Shown: positions 1 through 10,763, numbered from the stretch's first letter. The stretch is 64,000 nt of DNA from Bacilli bacterium (GCA_900771805.1 CAAGPL010000045.1:90-64089); one strand, 5' to 3'. The notes: generated by a model not told the origin, from the letters alone. Program-made: numbers and translations.

Positions 1-97
1 TATTCTTATTATATTTTATAAAAAATTTACTACCAAATTCTAATTGCCATTTTTCAAAATCTGTTAAAACACCATCTATGTCTATACCTATTCTCAT
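1..97 (-). CDS. N-terminal fragment of a HAD-superfamily (5'-nucleotidase-like) protein, runs off the window
   Basis: Reverse complement has ATG at 95-97 and reads MRIGIDIDGVLTDFEKWQLEFGSKFFIKYNKN. DxDGVL matches HAD motif I. Absent from the ORF track because it is truncated by the window edge. Confidence 0.35.
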   Translation of the reverse strand, partial: MRIGIDIDGVLTDFEKWQLEFGSKFFIKYNKN

Positions 98-107
98 AAA
101 TTTTCAC

Positions 108-764
108 CTACTTTTTATTTATTAATTTTATAAATTCTTTAAAGAATTTTATATTATCTAATTTTTCTGGATGATATTGAACACCAATTATATTACCATC
201 TTCTATAGCTTCTATTATCCCATCTTCACTAACTGCTGTCACTTTAAAATTTGATGCCAAATTCCTTATTGCTTGTCTATGATATGAATTAACTTCAATT
301 ACCTCTTGTTTATATACATTATTTAGAAAAGAATTTGAAGAAATCTTAATATTATGTGTACTTCCATCATATAATTTGTGATTTAAAATATTTTGATTTA
401 AATCTCCACCAAAATATACATTTAAAGTTTGAAGTCCACCACATATTCCCAAAATAGGTTTATTGTATTTTACAAACAAATCTATTACTTTTTTATCTAA
501 TTTATATTCATCATATTTATATTTTTTCCCTGGAAATGGAATATCATTATAATATTTTGGATCTACACCTATAGCACTTCCAGGTAATATTAATGCATCA
601 CATATATTAGCTATTTCTTCTAAATTATTTTCTGATATTATTGGAATTATTAAAACACCTAATTCATCAAATATTTTTTTATATGCTTCATCTAATATAT
701 ATCTTATATTAAATGGATAATCATCTTTATAATTCTCCATTCTACAAATAATTGCTACTTTCAA
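108..764 (-). CDS. Class I glutamine amidotransferase-like / peptidase C26 (gamma-glutamyl hydrolase family)
   Basis: 218 aa. Nucleophile motif LGICGGLQ and C-terminal GVQYHPE (His-Glu) are typical of the PuuD/C26 family. Confidence 0.8.
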   Translation of the reverse strand: MKVAIICRMENYKDDYPFNIRYILDEAYKKIFDELGVLIIPIISENNLEEIANICDALILPGSAIGVDPKYYNDIPFPGKKYKYDEYKLDKKVIDLFVKYNKPILGICGGLQTLNVYFGGDLNQNILNHKLYDGSTHNIKISSNSFLNNVYKQEVIEVNSYHRQAIRNLASNFKVTAVSEDGIIEAIEDGNIIGVQYHPEKLDNIKFFKEFIKLINKK

Positions 765-854
765 ATTTTCACCTCAAATTAATACTTTTGTATTTAACTA
801 TACTAATTATAGCATAAAAACATCTTTTTTTATTAAATATGTAAAACCTTTATA

Positions 855-1669
855 TTACAATTCAAAATCATCATTTTCATTTTTTGATTCTTTTTCTTTT
901 GAATAATCATAATTATCTTTTATATCTTTAATTTCCTTATCATTTATAATTCCATGAGTATATAAATAAACTGAGAAATCATAATATTTATCTTTTGCTT
1001 TTTTATTAAACATTCTATCTTTTAAAAATTTAATAAGTCTATCAAATAATTTTTGTAAATTTTCTAATGAAGTTTTCAATAAACTATTTTCTGTTTTTAT
1101 TTCATTTATTTCATCAACTTTTTTCTTTACATTATTATCAGCGTTTTTACTCTTAACTCTAAACTATTATTATTTTCAGTTAGTATTTCTATTCTTTCAC
1201 GATTATATTTAAGTTCTTCATCAACATTAGTTAATGTTATAGATAATTCTTGTATATTTTGATATTCGTTATTTGTTTTATCTACTTTATCAATAAAGTT
1301 AATTATTTTATCTTTATCTTCTTGTTTTAAAATATATTTATCTTTTAATGTTAGTGTAGTCTTTAAATCTTTTACTAGATTTTTAACATCTTTTGTAGTT
1401 TCTTTTAGTTCTAATAATTTTTTATTTGATTGTTCTATCTTTTGTTGATTCTTTTCTAGTTGTTGTTTCATTAATGTATAGTTATCCATATCACTTACAT
1501 TTATATCTATATTTCTACCTTTTAATTTAGGTTTTAAGGTATCATTTAAGTTATATTCTTTATTAAAATATTCCATACAAATAACTCTCATTTTCTTTTG
1601 TAAATTAGATAATGATTCTTTTGTAAAAACATCACTTTTACCAACTTGTTTTTTATAAACTTCTGACAT
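855..1669 (-). pseudogene. Disrupted K/E/N-rich coiled-coil protein gene (possible mobile-element remnant)
   Basis: ORF 1127-1669 ends ...SLELRVKTLIIM*. A second frame is open from about 1165 (FRVKSKNADNNVKKKVDEINEIK...) and runs into ORF 855-1079. The two overlap around an A5 run (gtaaaaacg, about 1144-1150). A 1-nt indel would fuse them into one roughly 270-aa protein. Confidence 0.45.
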
Positions 1670-1800
1670 TTTCTTTTTAAAATCTGCATCTTTGGTATCT
1701 CAGTATTCTTTATCTCCAAGTTCTATAATAATTTCACAAGCAAATTCTTTCTATGATTTTTTTCAAAAACAAAAAAATCAATCTTTTCTGATTGATTCAT

Positions 1801-1826
1801 ATATTTAAAGTTCGAATAATTCGAAC
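1801..1826 (-). terminator. Hairpin terminator downstream of tmRNA
   Basis: Perfect 7-bp inverted repeat gttcgaa/ttcgaac (1810-1826) with a 3-nt loop, followed on the minus strand by a short T run. Sits 11 nt after the tmRNA CCA end. Confidence 0.5.
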
Positions 1827-1837
1827 AGATTCGCCAA

Positions 1838-2201
1838 TGGTGGAGCTGACGAGATTTGAACTCGTGTCCGATAAATAATACTCTATGGTATCTACAAGTT
1901 TAGTTAGTAATTAAATTTAATTAAATGATAAAGGTAACTAACATACCCATCAAATAACGAGTTTAGTAAAATTCTTTATCTTATCCTAAACAAATAAGAT
2001 AATATAACTCACTAAAATGAGCCTCTTAAAAAGTCCGTGAGTAAAACTTTAAAAGAAGCGCTTCCTCTATTAGAGACTAGGCAGCGCAAGCTGCGAAAGC
2101 ATAATTATTATTGTTGTTATTTATTTTTTGTTTGTACTTAAGGAGTACCTTCCACTTGCAACCATAACCTCATACTTACCGTCGAAACCAATAACAGCCC
2201 C
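1838..2201 (-). ncRNA. ssrA: tmRNA (transfer-messenger RNA)
   Basis: Minus strand starts GGGGCUGUUAUUGGUUUCGACGG and ends GGACACGAGUUCAAAUCUCGUCAGCUCCACCA. The 7-bp acceptor stem includes the G3-U pair, and a T-arm is present. An internal tag-like frame ends ...YAFAACAA-UAG. smpB lies 2 kb away. Confidence 0.9.
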
Positions 2202-2226
2202 ATTCATATAACAACATATGTATTAT

Positions 2227-2255
2227 ATCATAAATTATTGTTTTTTAATTGTCAA
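2227..2255 (-). promoter_or_regulatory. Candidate sigma-A promoter for ssrA
   Basis: Minus strand reads TTGACA, 17 nt, TATGAT, ending about 25 nt upstream of the mature tmRNA 5' end. Confidence 0.45.
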
Positions 2256-2277
2256 ATTATATCATTTTATGTATAAT
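2249..2277 (+). promoter_or_regulatory. Candidate sigma-A promoter for the 2286-3617 gene
   Basis: Plus strand reads TTGTCA, 17 nt, TATAAT. Its -35 overlaps the -35 of the divergent ssrA promoter. Confidence 0.4.
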
Positions 2278-2285
2278 TATTCTAG

Positions 2286-3617
2286 GTGAATTATATGAAT
2301 TATAGTGATAAAACAGAAGTATTAAATTTAGATGAAATTAAATTCAAAAAGAAAGATAAAAAGAAAATATTTTTTAGAATAATACCAATTATTATGATAC
2401 CATTTTTGGTTGTTTTAACAATTATTTCAATTCATTCAAAAAAACTTATCATAGTACCAATAAATTATATTATTTATATACTATTATCTTTATTTATATA
2501 TTTACTATTAATTGGTTTCTTTTTAGTAAAGAAAAATAAAACAAATAAAAGTAAAAAACAAAAAATAATTAGTGTAGTAACAAAAGTGGTAGCAACAATT
2601 TATATATTAGGTTGCTCTTCGTTTTTATTCTTATTATATGGACCTTATGATAACTTTAGAACATGGCTTATTTCAACTGCTATGTCAACAATGAATCATC
2701 AATATCTTTGCAAATGGTTTTATAATGATAAAGAAATTGATAAGGTAATAAATAGTAATTATATAGTAGAAGTAAACGAGGAAACTGATACTGATTTAAT
2801 AGATATGAAAACAGAAAAATATGATAATGAATATGAAGAGAAAATACTTAAAAGAAATAAAGATGATAAATATAAAATAATAGAACTAGAAGTTAATGGA
2901 CAAAAAGCTTACTTAGCAGCCATATATGATCCAGCATTAGTTAAAGTTGCTGTTACTAAGAACTTAGGAAGACAAGGACAATATGTTACTAAAATGGCTG
3001 AAGATAATAATGCATTACTTGCAGTTAATGGTGGTGGTTTTTATGATCCTGGAAATAATAGCACAGGAGGCATGCCAACTGGTGTAACTATATCTAATGG
3101 AAAAATAATAACTGATAATAATTATAGTTCATACACTCAATCTGGCGGTTTAATTGGTATGACAAATGATAATAAATTAGTATTGATAAAAGGTGCAACA
3201 GCAAGAAAAGCTTTAAATATGGGAGTTAGAGATGGAGTATCATGGGGGCCATTTTTAATCATCAATGGAAAAAAATCATTTATAAAAGGTAACGGCGGAT
3301 GGGGATATGCTGCTAGAACTGCAATAGGTCAAAGAAGTGATGGAATCATTCTTTTACTAGTTGTAAATAGTAATTCATCAAGAACAAAAGGAGCTGATAT
3401 GGTTGATCTAACCAATATCATGTATAATTATGGTGCTATAAATGCTGCTAATTTAGATGGTGGAACTTCAACTGTAATGGTACTACCTAATAAAGAATCT
3501 TTAAAATATATAAGTTCTTGTGATAAAGCTTATTGTTATATAAATGATCCTATAGATTCATTATTAAGACACAGAACAAGAGGTATTGCAACATCAATAA
3601 TAGTTGCAGATAAATAA
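2286..3617 (+). CDS. Membrane-anchored phosphodiester glycosidase family protein (DUF2233/NAGPA-like)
   Basis: 443 aa with N-terminal TM helices. The C-terminal domain has AVNGGGF, WGPFLIINGK and ANLDGGTST motifs typical of the family. The track start is GTG; an ATG at 2295 is an alternative. Confidence 0.7.
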   Translation: MNYMNYSDKTEVLNLDEIKFKKKDKKKIFFRIIPIIMIPFLVVLTIISIHSKKLIIVPINYIIYILLSLFIYLLLIGFFLVKKNKTNKSKKQKIISVVTKVVATIYILGCSSFLFLLYGPYDNFRTWLISTAMSTMNHQYLCKWFYNDKEIDKVINSNYIVEVNEETDTDLIDMKTEKYDNEYEEKILKRNKDDKYKIIELEVNGQKAYLAAIYDPALVKVAVTKNLGRQGQYVTKMAEDNNALLAVNGGGFYDPGNNSTGGMPTGVTISNGKIITDNNYSSYTQSGGLIGMTNDNKLVLIKGATARKALNMGVRDGVSWGPFLIINGKKSFIKGNGGWGYAARTAIGQRSDGIILLLVVNSNSSRTKGADMVDLTNIMYNYGAINAANLDGGTSTVMVLPNKESLKYISSCDKAYCYINDPIDSLLRHRTRGIATSIIVADK

Positions 3618-3646
3618 AAAATTCCAAGTAATTTGGAATTTTTTTA
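3616..3646. terminator. Bidirectional hairpin terminator
   Basis: aaaaattccaa-gtaat-ttggaattttt lies between convergent genes, with A and T runs on either side. Confidence 0.6.
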
Positions 3647-4036
3647 TTTCTTAGTTTTTACATTAGATTTATACTCTTCTAAAATTACATCTAAATCTTT
3701 ATATCTAATTTCTTTTTCATGACATTTTATAGGTTTTTCTAGCAGAGCATAAACTGAGCTACTCAAATCACATTGTTCTTCTACAACTAGATACTCACTA
3801 TTGTCATAAACGTCAACTGCAGGACGGAAATAACGTTCTCTTCTAACAATAGTATAAATTGCAGGATTAAATACTTTGGGTGCTAGTTGTCGTTTTACTA
3901 AATTATCAGGAAGGAATTCAGTTTTCTGAAGTTCAAGTACAACTAGTTGAGCTATATATAAATTATCAGAAGATATTTTTTGATTTTTAAGTTCTTTTTC
4001 TTCTTTTCTTTTTCTTCTTTTATCTAAGTATTTCAA
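3644..4036 (-). CDS. Hypothetical protein
   Basis: 130-aa ORF with a basic N-terminus and no family recognised. Coding potential judged only from ORF length and position between terminators. Confidence 0.4.
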   Translation of the reverse strand: MKYLDKRRKRKEEKELKNQKISSDNLYIAQLVVLELQKTEFLPDNLVKRQLAPKVFNPAIYTIVRRERYFRPAVDVYDNSEYLVVEEQCDLSSSVYALLEKPIKCHEKEIRYKDLDVILEEYKSNVKTKK

Positions 4037-4056
4037 TGTAATAACCTCCTATATAT

Positions 4057-4503
4057 TTATTTATTAAATAACGAAATTGTTTTTTGAGTATCTCTTTTTA
4101 TATCTTTTTCTTTCAAGCTTTGTCTTTTATCATAAAGCTTTTTACCTTTTGCTATACCAAGTAATATTTTAGCTCTACCATCTTTTAAATATAATTTAAC
4201 AGGAACCAGTGAATATCCTTCTTTTTCTACCTTATCCCTTATTTTATATATTTCTTTTTTATGAAGTAAAAGCTTTCTTTCTCTTCTTTCGTCATGATTA
4301 AAACGGTTTCCTTCTTCATATGTTGAAATAAACATATTAGTTAAGAAAACTTCACCATTTTTAACCCTAGCATAGCTATCTTTTAAATTACAGCTTCCTT
4401 TTCTAATAGATTTTATCTCAGTACCAGTTAAAACAATTCCACATTCATAAGTATCTTCTATAAAATAATCAAAAGAAGCTTTTTTATTTTTTATTTCTAT
4501 CAT
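4057..4503 (-). CDS. smpB: SsrA-binding protein SmpB
   Basis: 148 aa. [28 protein letters not shown] and [12 protein letters not shown] motifs. Located beside rnr and near ssrA. Confidence 0.95.
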   Translation of the reverse strand: MIEIKNKKASFDYFIEDTYECGIVLTGTEIKSIRKGSCNLKDSYARVKNGEVFLTNMFISTYEEGNRFNHDERRERKLLLHKKEIYKIRDKVEKEGYSLVPVKLYLKDGRAKILLGIAKGKKLYDKRQSLKEKDIKRDTQKTISLFNK

Positions 4504-5660
4504 TATTCTACCTCTACTATATTTCCATATCTGGTTAAAACACTTTTATACTTATTATAGTATGTTTCATAATTATTTAGAAGACTATTATTTAATTTTG
4601 TATAGGGATATACTTTAAAATTATGACTACCCTTAAAATAAGTATACAAAAGATTAGCTTTAATATTATTAAAAGTTATTTTTCCATTTAAATCTTTATT
4701 TATATTTAATGTAATAAGCGTTCCTGTTTGTTTATCAGGAGTATCTTGTGCCGAGATAAAATTACCTAGTGCATAAAATACTAATGTATCATTAATCATT
4801 TCTACTGGTTGAATACTATGTGCATGATTTCCTATTATAAGATTAACTCCCATTTTAGATAATTCTTCTGCAACCTGTTTTTGATTACTATTAGGATTTG
4901 TTGTATACTCTTCACCCCAGTGCATAGAAACAATAATAAAATCCACCTTATCTTTTATGATATCAATATCATTTTTAGCTTTTTCCTTAGAATAAATGTT
5001 AGTTAGATATTCCTTTCCACTAGGTGGTAAAAGTCCATTTGTAACAGTTGTATAAGCTAAAAAAGCGTACTTTATGCCATTTTTTTCTTCTATTTTAATA
5101 TTATTTTCTCTATCTTCATCTGATAAAGCTTGTCCTGTATAATAAACTCCTGATTTAGTTTTCCAATAATTTACTGAATTTATTACTCCTTTTTCTCCTT
5201 TATCCATGGTATGATTATTAGCTAAACTAACTAAATTAAAGCCTAAATTAACCATTGTATCTCCTATTTCTTCAGGAGAATTAAATCTCGGATATGCTGA
5301 AAGTCCTAAAGATTTACCACCTATTATACTCTCTTGATTATAAAAAGCTAAATCATGTCCTTTAATTAAAGGAGAAACCTCATCAAACATACTGTCAAAA
5401 GAATATGTTCCATCACTATTTAAGGCATCAGTATAAACAAATCTATGAATTAAGCAATCACCTACCATAACCATAGAAAGTCTATTTGACTCTTTATTAG
5501 ATTCAGTACTTTTTTTTGTTACCTTTTGTTTTTTATTAGTCTTTTTATTAGTTATATCATTTTTTTCATAAATGAAAAACCCCAAAAATATTATTATTGA
5601 TAATAATATTATATAAATTAAAACCTTAACCCACTTTTTTAACTTTCTCTTGCTCTTCAT
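4503..5660 (-). CDS. CapA-family metallophosphoesterase-like protein (PGA_cap domain), membrane-anchored
   Basis: 385 aa with an N-terminal TM helix. [23 protein letters not shown] and GNHAHS motifs are typical of the CapA/YwtB family. The start overlaps the rnr 3' end by 35 nt. Confidence 0.75.
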   Translation of the reverse strand: MKSKRKLKKWVKVLIYIILLSIIIFLGFFIYEKNDITNKKTNKKQKVTKKSTESNKESNRLSMVMVGDCLIHRFVYTDALNSDGTYSFDSMFDEVSPLIKGHDLAFYNQESIIGGKSLGLSAYPRFNSPEEIGDTMVNLGFNLVSLANNHTMDKGEKGVINSVNYWKTKSGVYYTGQALSDEDRENNIKIEEKNGIKYAFLAYTTVTNGLLPPSGKEYLTNIYSKEKAKNDIDIIKDKVDFIIVSMHWGEEYTTNPNSNQKQVAEELSKMGVNLIIGNHAHSIQPVEMINDTLVFYALGNFISAQDTPDKQTGTLITLNINKDLNGKITFNNIKANLLYTYFKGSHNFKVYPYTKLNNSLLNNYETYYNKYKSVLTRYGNIVEVE

Positions 5661-7767
5661 CTTTTACTTCTTCCTTTTTTATTTCAAAATCTATAAAAGC
5701 TTCCTCTTTAGATGCACTTTTACAAATTACCGTTACTGTATCTCCAATTCTATATCTTCTTTTTGTCTTTTGGCCTACCAAAGACATTGTTCTTTCATCA
5801 TAATTATAATAATCACCTTTAATATCAGTTATATGAACTAAACCCTCTATCATATTAGGTAGTTCAACAAACATACCAAATGAAGTAACACCACTTATCA
5901 TACCAGTAAATTCTTCTCCAATATGATCCATCATGTACTCAGCCATCTTCATATCTTCAACTTCTCTTTCACATTCTATTGCATCTCTTTCTTTTAATGA
6001 TGAATGTTCTGCAAGTTGTGGCAAATACTCTCTAAAGTAATCAGTCGTTTTTTTAGATTCGTCATTATTATATAAATATGTTCTTAAAAGACGATGCACG
6101 GTTGTATCTGGAAATCTTCTAATTGGTGAAGTAAAGTGGGTATATATTTTACTAGCAAGTCCAAAGTGACCTATATTGTCTGTTTGATATACAGCCTTTT
6201 GCATTGCACGAAGCATAAGTGATGCTAATATTTTATATTCTTTTTTATCTTTTAACTGACTTAATACATTTTCTATTGAAGATGGATACTTAATGTTTAC
6301 CTTGCCTGTTATTTTATAACCTAAAGAACTTACGAAATCCAAAAAGTCATTTACTTTTTCTTCTTTTGGAGTTCCGTGAACACGGTATATAAATGGTAAA
6401 TCCATATAGAATATATGTGATGCAACCGTTTCATTAGCTGCTATCATAAAGTCTTCTATCATTTTTTCACCAGTTGCACGTTCTCTTAAAACTACATCTA
6501 CTGGCTTTCCAGTATCATCTGAAATTATTTTAGCTTCATCAGTATCAAAATCAATTGCACCACGCGCTTTCCTATTATGTCTTATAATGTCTGCTAATTC
6601 TTTCATTAGTGATAAATCATTTGTAAAAGGAGCATATCCATCTTCTACAATACCTTCATCTAACCATTTATTAACTTTTTTATAAGTCATTTGAATCCTT
6701 GATTTAATAACACTTTCAAATATTTCATGAGAAACAACATTTCCCTTGTTATCTATTTCCATTACGCAACTTTGCGCTAAACGTTCTACTCCAGGATTAA
6801 GTGAACATATACCATTAGATAATTTATGAGGTAGCATAGGTATTACCCTATCTACTAAATAAACACTAGTTCCTCTTTCATATGCTTCATCATATAGATG
6901 AGTACCTGGTTTAACATAATATGAAACATCTGCTATATGAACACCTAACTCGTAATTTCCATTAGCAAGTTTTTTAATTGAAATAGCATCATCTATATCC
7001 TTTGTATCATCACCATCTATTGTAAATATTGTAACGTCAGTTAAATTTCGTCTTCCCTTTTTATCATCGTCGCTTACAGAATCTGGTATATCCTTTAATT
7101 CTTCTAAAACTTCATCAGGAAATTTAGGAGAAAACATATGTTTATAAACAATTGCCTCAACATCAACACCAACATCATTTTTATGGCCTATAATATTTGT
7201 TATCTCTGCTAAAACAGTATTTCTATCAAGTTCTTTAACAACGTTTGCAACAACGATATGACCTTCTACACAGTCTTTTGTACTTTCCTTAGTTAAAACT
7301 ATTTTTTGTTTAAACTTCTTATCATTTGGGATAATTGTCGGAATATCATTTATAAACTTAAATTCACCTACTATTGGTCCATAATTTCTAGATGCTATTC
7401 TAAGTACTCGCCCCTCTTTTTTAGAACCAGTATTTTTATTAGTAATTTCTACAATTACCACATCACCATCTATCGCACCATTTAAATGTTTGGCATCAAC
7501 GTGAATATCATCTTCACCTTCCATTAATACAAAACCAAAACCTTTATCCGAAATAGAAATCTTCCCCTTTTTTAAGTGACTATATTTAAATGCCATATAT
7601 TTATCCTTATTTGTATGATATATTGTTAGATTACTTTCTAGTTCATTTAGTACTTTTAACATTTCTTCTACTTCCTCAGTAGTATTTAAACCTAATATAT
7701 CTTTAAGTTCGATAGCAGTATATGCTCTATCTTCCTCTTCTAAAATATTTAGTATTCTGTCTTTCAT
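5626..7767 (-). CDS. rnr: Ribonuclease R
   Basis: RNB catalytic region (FTIDGDDTKDIDDAISI, TSPIRRFPD) plus a C-terminal S1 domain and a basic/acidic tail. The track start (GTG at 7776) lies inside the RBS aggtga, so ATG at 7767 (MKDRIL...) is preferred. Confidence 0.95.
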   Translation of the reverse strand: MKDRILNILEEEDRAYTAIELKDILGLNTTEEVEEMLKVLNELESNLTIYHTNKDKYMAFKYSHLKKGKISISDKGFGFVLMEGEDDIHVDAKHLNGAIDGDVVIVEITNKNTGSKKEGRVLRIASRNYGPIVGEFKFINDIPTIIPNDKKFKQKIVLTKESTKDCVEGHIVVANVVKELDRNTVLAEITNIIGHKNDVGVDVEAIVYKHMFSPKFPDEVLEELKDIPDSVSDDDKKGRRNLTDVTIFTIDGDDTKDIDDAISIKKLANGNYELGVHIADVSYYVKPGTHLYDEAYERGTSVYLVDRVIPMLPHKLSNGICSLNPGVERLAQSCVMEIDNKGNVVSHEIFESVIKSRIQMTYKKVNKWLDEGIVEDGYAPFTNDLSLMKELADIIRHNRKARGAIDFDTDEAKIISDDTGKPVDVVLRERATGEKMIEDFMIAANETVASHIFYMDLPFIYRVHGTPKEEKVNDFLDFVSSLGYKITGKVNIKYPSSIENVLSQLKDKKEYKILASLMLRAMQKAVYQTDNIGHFGLASKIYTHFTSPIRRFPDTTVHRLLRTYLYNNDESKKTTDYFREYLPQLAEHSSLKERDAIECEREVEDMKMAEYMMDHIGEEFTGMISGVTSFGMFVELPNMIEGLVHITDIKGDYYNYDERTMSLVGQKTKRRYRIGDTVTVICKSASKEEAFIDFEIKKEEVKDEEQEKVKKVG

Positions 7768-7802
7768 AAGATTCACCTATCTTTCTATATATATTATAAA
7801 AC

Positions 7803-7831
7803 AAAAAAAGACTATTAATAAAGTCTTTTTT
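7803..7831 (-). terminator. Hairpin terminator after secG
   Basis: aagact-attaataa-agtctt flanked by A/T runs, immediately after the secG stop. Confidence 0.55.
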
Positions 7832-7834
7832 ATA

Positions 7835-8044
7835 TTACATGTCTATTATTATACATAATAAGAAAAATATAATTCCTAAGACATAAGTTAAACGTGTAAT
7901 AAGTAATTCTCCACCACGTTCTTTTCTATTCATAAATAAGTCAGCATTTCCACCAGTTATTATATTTCCTGATTCTGCCTTCTCACTTTGTAAAAGAACT
8001 ATAATAATAAGTAAAATAGACACAACCATTAAAAATGTAAGCAT
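7835..8044 (-). CDS. secG: Preprotein translocase subunit SecG
   Basis: 69 aa, two TM helices, LLQSEK...GG motif. Conserved position between eno and rnr. Confidence 0.85.
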   Translation of the reverse strand: MLTFLMVVSILLIIIVLLQSEKAESGNIITGGNADLFMNRKERGGELLITRLTYVLGIIFFLLCIIIDM

Positions 8045-8123
8045 AACTATTCCTCCTAGCTACTACTTATTTTATCATATTATAATATGTATTTCAACAA
8101 AGAAATAGTAATTAATATATGAA

Positions 8124-9353
8124 TTAACCTTCTAGTTCTTCTTCAATTCTCATTAATTGGTTATATTTACATATTCTATCAGTTCTAGACATAGAACCTG
8201 TTTTTATTTGACCTAAATTAAGACCTACAGCTAAATCTGCTATTATCGTATCTTCTGTTTCACCACTTCTGTGAGATATTATTGTTTTATAACCATTTTC
8301 TTTAGCTAATTTAATTGTTTCTAAAGTCTCTGTTATAGTACCTATTTGATTTACCTTTAAAAGAATTGCATTTCCTGCTTTCATATCGATGCCTTTTTGT
8401 AAACACTCTTTATTTGTAACAAAAAGATCATCACCAACTAACTGAAGCTTATCTCCTAATTCTTTAGTTATTTTAGCAAACCCCTCCCAGTCATTTTCAT
8501 CTACAGGATCTTCTATTGAAATAATAGGATACTTACTTACTAACTCTTTATAGAAATCTATTAATTCATCAGTAGAAAGACTTCTTCCTTCTCCTTCCAA
8601 ATTATACTTACCATCACTATAAAACTCTGATGCTGCAACATCTATTGCTAGTTTTACGTCAACACCAGGCGTATATCCAGCTTTTTTAATAGCTTCCATA
8701 ATAAGTTCAAAACCTTCTGTATTTGAATCTAAATCAGGGGCAAAACCACCTTCATCACCAACTCCTGTTGATAATTTCTTTTCGTTTAATACACTTTTTA
8801 AAGCATGAAATACTTCTGAACCTACTCTTACTCTTTCATGAATAGTATCTCTTTGTGGTATTATCATAAATTCTTGAAAGTCTAATTTGTTATCAGCATG
8901 AGCACCGCCATTTAATATATTCATCATTGGTATAGAAAGAGTTTTTCCATCTCCAACATATTTATATAAAGGCACACTACTTTCTTTTGCAGCAGCTTTT
9001 AAACAAGCCATAGAAACGCCTAGTATTGCGTTAGCTCCTAAATTACTTTTTGTTTTAGTACCATCTAATTCTAACATGGCATTATCAATGCTATATTGGT
9101 CTTTAACATCCATACCAATTAATACTGGTCTTATTTTTTCATTTACGTTTTTAACCGCATTTAATACTCCCTTACCGTTAAATCTAGTTTTATCATTATC
9201 ACGCATTTCAAGAGCTTCACGCATACCAGTTGATGCACCAGACGGAACACATGCCCTTTCCATTATTCCATTTTCTAAAATAACATCTACCTCAACAGTA
9301 GGATTACCCCTAGAATCAAGTATCTCCCTTGCCTTTATATTTTTTATTTTCAT
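8124..9353 (-). CDS. eno: Enolase
   Basis: 409 aa. [29 protein letters not shown] and SHRSGETED motifs. Confidence 0.98.
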   Translation of the reverse strand: MKIKNIKAREILDSRGNPTVEVDVILENGIMERACVPSGASTGMREALEMRDNDKTRFNGKGVLNAVKNVNEKIRPVLIGMDVKDQYSIDNAMLELDGTKTKSNLGANAILGVSMACLKAAAKESSVPLYKYVGDGKTLSIPMMNILNGGAHADNKLDFQEFMIIPQRDTIHERVRVGSEVFHALKSVLNEKKLSTGVGDEGGFAPDLDSNTEGFELIMEAIKKAGYTPGVDVKLAIDVAASEFYSDGKYNLEGEGRSLSTDELIDFYKELVSKYPIISIEDPVDENDWEGFAKITKELGDKLQLVGDDLFVTNKECLQKGIDMKAGNAILLKVNQIGTITETLETIKLAKENGYKTIISHRSGETEDTIIADLAVGLNLGQIKTGSMSRTDRICKYNQLMRIEEELEG

Positions 9354-9481
9354 ATTTAAATCCTCCTATTTATACATATATATTATATCATAATTTTGGA
9401 TAATTTATCGTGTTATGTAAATTGACTTTAGCATAACATATGAGGTATAATAAAGTATAAGAATAAATAGGAGGGATTATT

Positions 9482-10735
9482 ATGCAAATTATATTACTTG
9501 ATGAAATAAGATTTGATAATTTTGCAATTAATCATCCTTGCTATAACTTTTATCAATCTAGTAATTATGGAAAATTTATGACCAAACACGGCTATAATTC
9601 TTATTATTTAGGCCTTGCTGATGATAACGGAGAAATTAAAGCTGCAACATTAATGATAGTAAAAAATGATTCTAAAGAAAGAAGAAAAATGGGATATGCT
9701 CCAAGAGGATTTTTAATAGATTGGAATAATTATGAATTAGTAAAAGAATTTACTGAAAAATTAAAAGAATTTCTAGCAAGTCGTAGTTTTACTTATTTAA
9801 AAGTTGATCCATTAATTATTCTTAAAGAACATAATATAAACGGAGAAATAAAACAAAATACGGTGGATAATACTAGTTTTGTTAATAAATTACAATCTTT
9901 AGGATATATTCACATGGGATATAATAATGGTATGGAAGCATTAAAACCAAGATGGAGTGCAGTTATGAATTTAAATAGTAATATAACCTTACTATATAAT
10001 TCTATTTCTAAAGATGCTAGAAATAAAATTAACGAAGCATCCAAAATGGGAAATAAAGTTTATAAAGGAAGTATGAATGATATTAATTTGCTCTATAATA
10101 TTATAAATAAAGCAACACCACCATTAGAATATTATTTAGATTATTATCAATTTTTTAGTCAAAATAACGGTTTTGAAATATATTTTACAAAATTAGAACC
10201 AGTATCATATGTTAATTCTAGCAAAACATTATATGAAAATGAAGAACAAAAAAACAATGAATTAAATATGCAAATACAAGATTTTAATACACCAAATAAA
10301 GATCTTATAATAAATGAAAAATTAAAATCAGATGAGTTACTTTCAAAATATAAAAGAAATATGTTAGAAGCTAGTAGCCTGTTTCAAAAATATCCAAGTG
10401 GACTAGTAATCTCTGGTGTTGCTGTTATAAAATACGGAAAAAAAATAACTTTCTTAGCAAGTGGTGTTCACGAAAATTTCAAAAATATTTATCCTGAATA
10501 CTTATTAAAATGGCAACTAGCTAGTGAATTTGCAAAAAAAGGATATGAATTAGTTGACTTAGGTAGTTTAACTGGAGATTTTAATAACAATAACTATTTA
10601 AGTTCTTTAAATAAAGAATTATCTAATAGTATAATAGAATATGTAGGTGAATTTGATTTAGTAATAAATAAAAAGAGTTATTATACTGGTAACAAATTAA
10701 ACCCTATTCTAAACTGGCTTAATACACCAATATAA
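9482..10735 (+). CDS. FemAB-family aminoacyltransferase (peptidoglycan interpeptide bridge formation)
   Basis: 417 aa. The N-terminal FxQSxxYGxF-like motif (FYQSSNYGKFM), a central coiled-coil insert and the overall length match FemX/MurM-type enzymes. Confidence 0.7.
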   Translation: MQIILLDEIRFDNFAINHPCYNFYQSSNYGKFMTKHGYNSYYLGLADDNGEIKAATLMIVKNDSKERRKMGYAPRGFLIDWNNYELVKEFTEKLKEFLASRSFTYLKVDPLIILKEHNINGEIKQNTVDNTSFVNKLQSLGYIHMGYNNGMEALKPRWSAVMNLNSNITLLYNSISKDARNKINEASKMGNKVYKGSMNDINLLYNIINKATPPLEYYLDYYQFFSQNNGFEIYFTKLEPVSYVNSSKTLYENEEQKNNELNMQIQDFNTPNKDLIINEKLKSDELLSKYKRNMLEASSLFQKYPSGLVISGVAVIKYGKKITFLASGVHENFKNIYPEYLLKWQLASEFAKKGYELVDLGSLTGDFNNNNYLSSLNKELSNSIIEYVGEFDLVINKKSYYTGNKLNPILNWLNTPI

Positions 10736-10759
10736 ACAGAAGATTCTTCTGTTTTTTTA
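10736..10759 (+). terminator. Rho-independent terminator of the FemAB-family gene
   Basis: acagaag-att-cttctgt followed by T7. Confidence 0.75.
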
Positions 10760-10763
10760 TTAA

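Noticed and set aside
1700-1702. In-frame TGA eleven codons upstream of the 1127-1669 ORF start, which might have hinted at TGA=Trp (code 4) or a longer gene.
   Set aside because: Only 16 further codons are open before a TAG, which is expected by chance. All conserved genes in the window (tuf, rpoB, rpoC and others) translate full length with the standard code, so TGA is a stop here.
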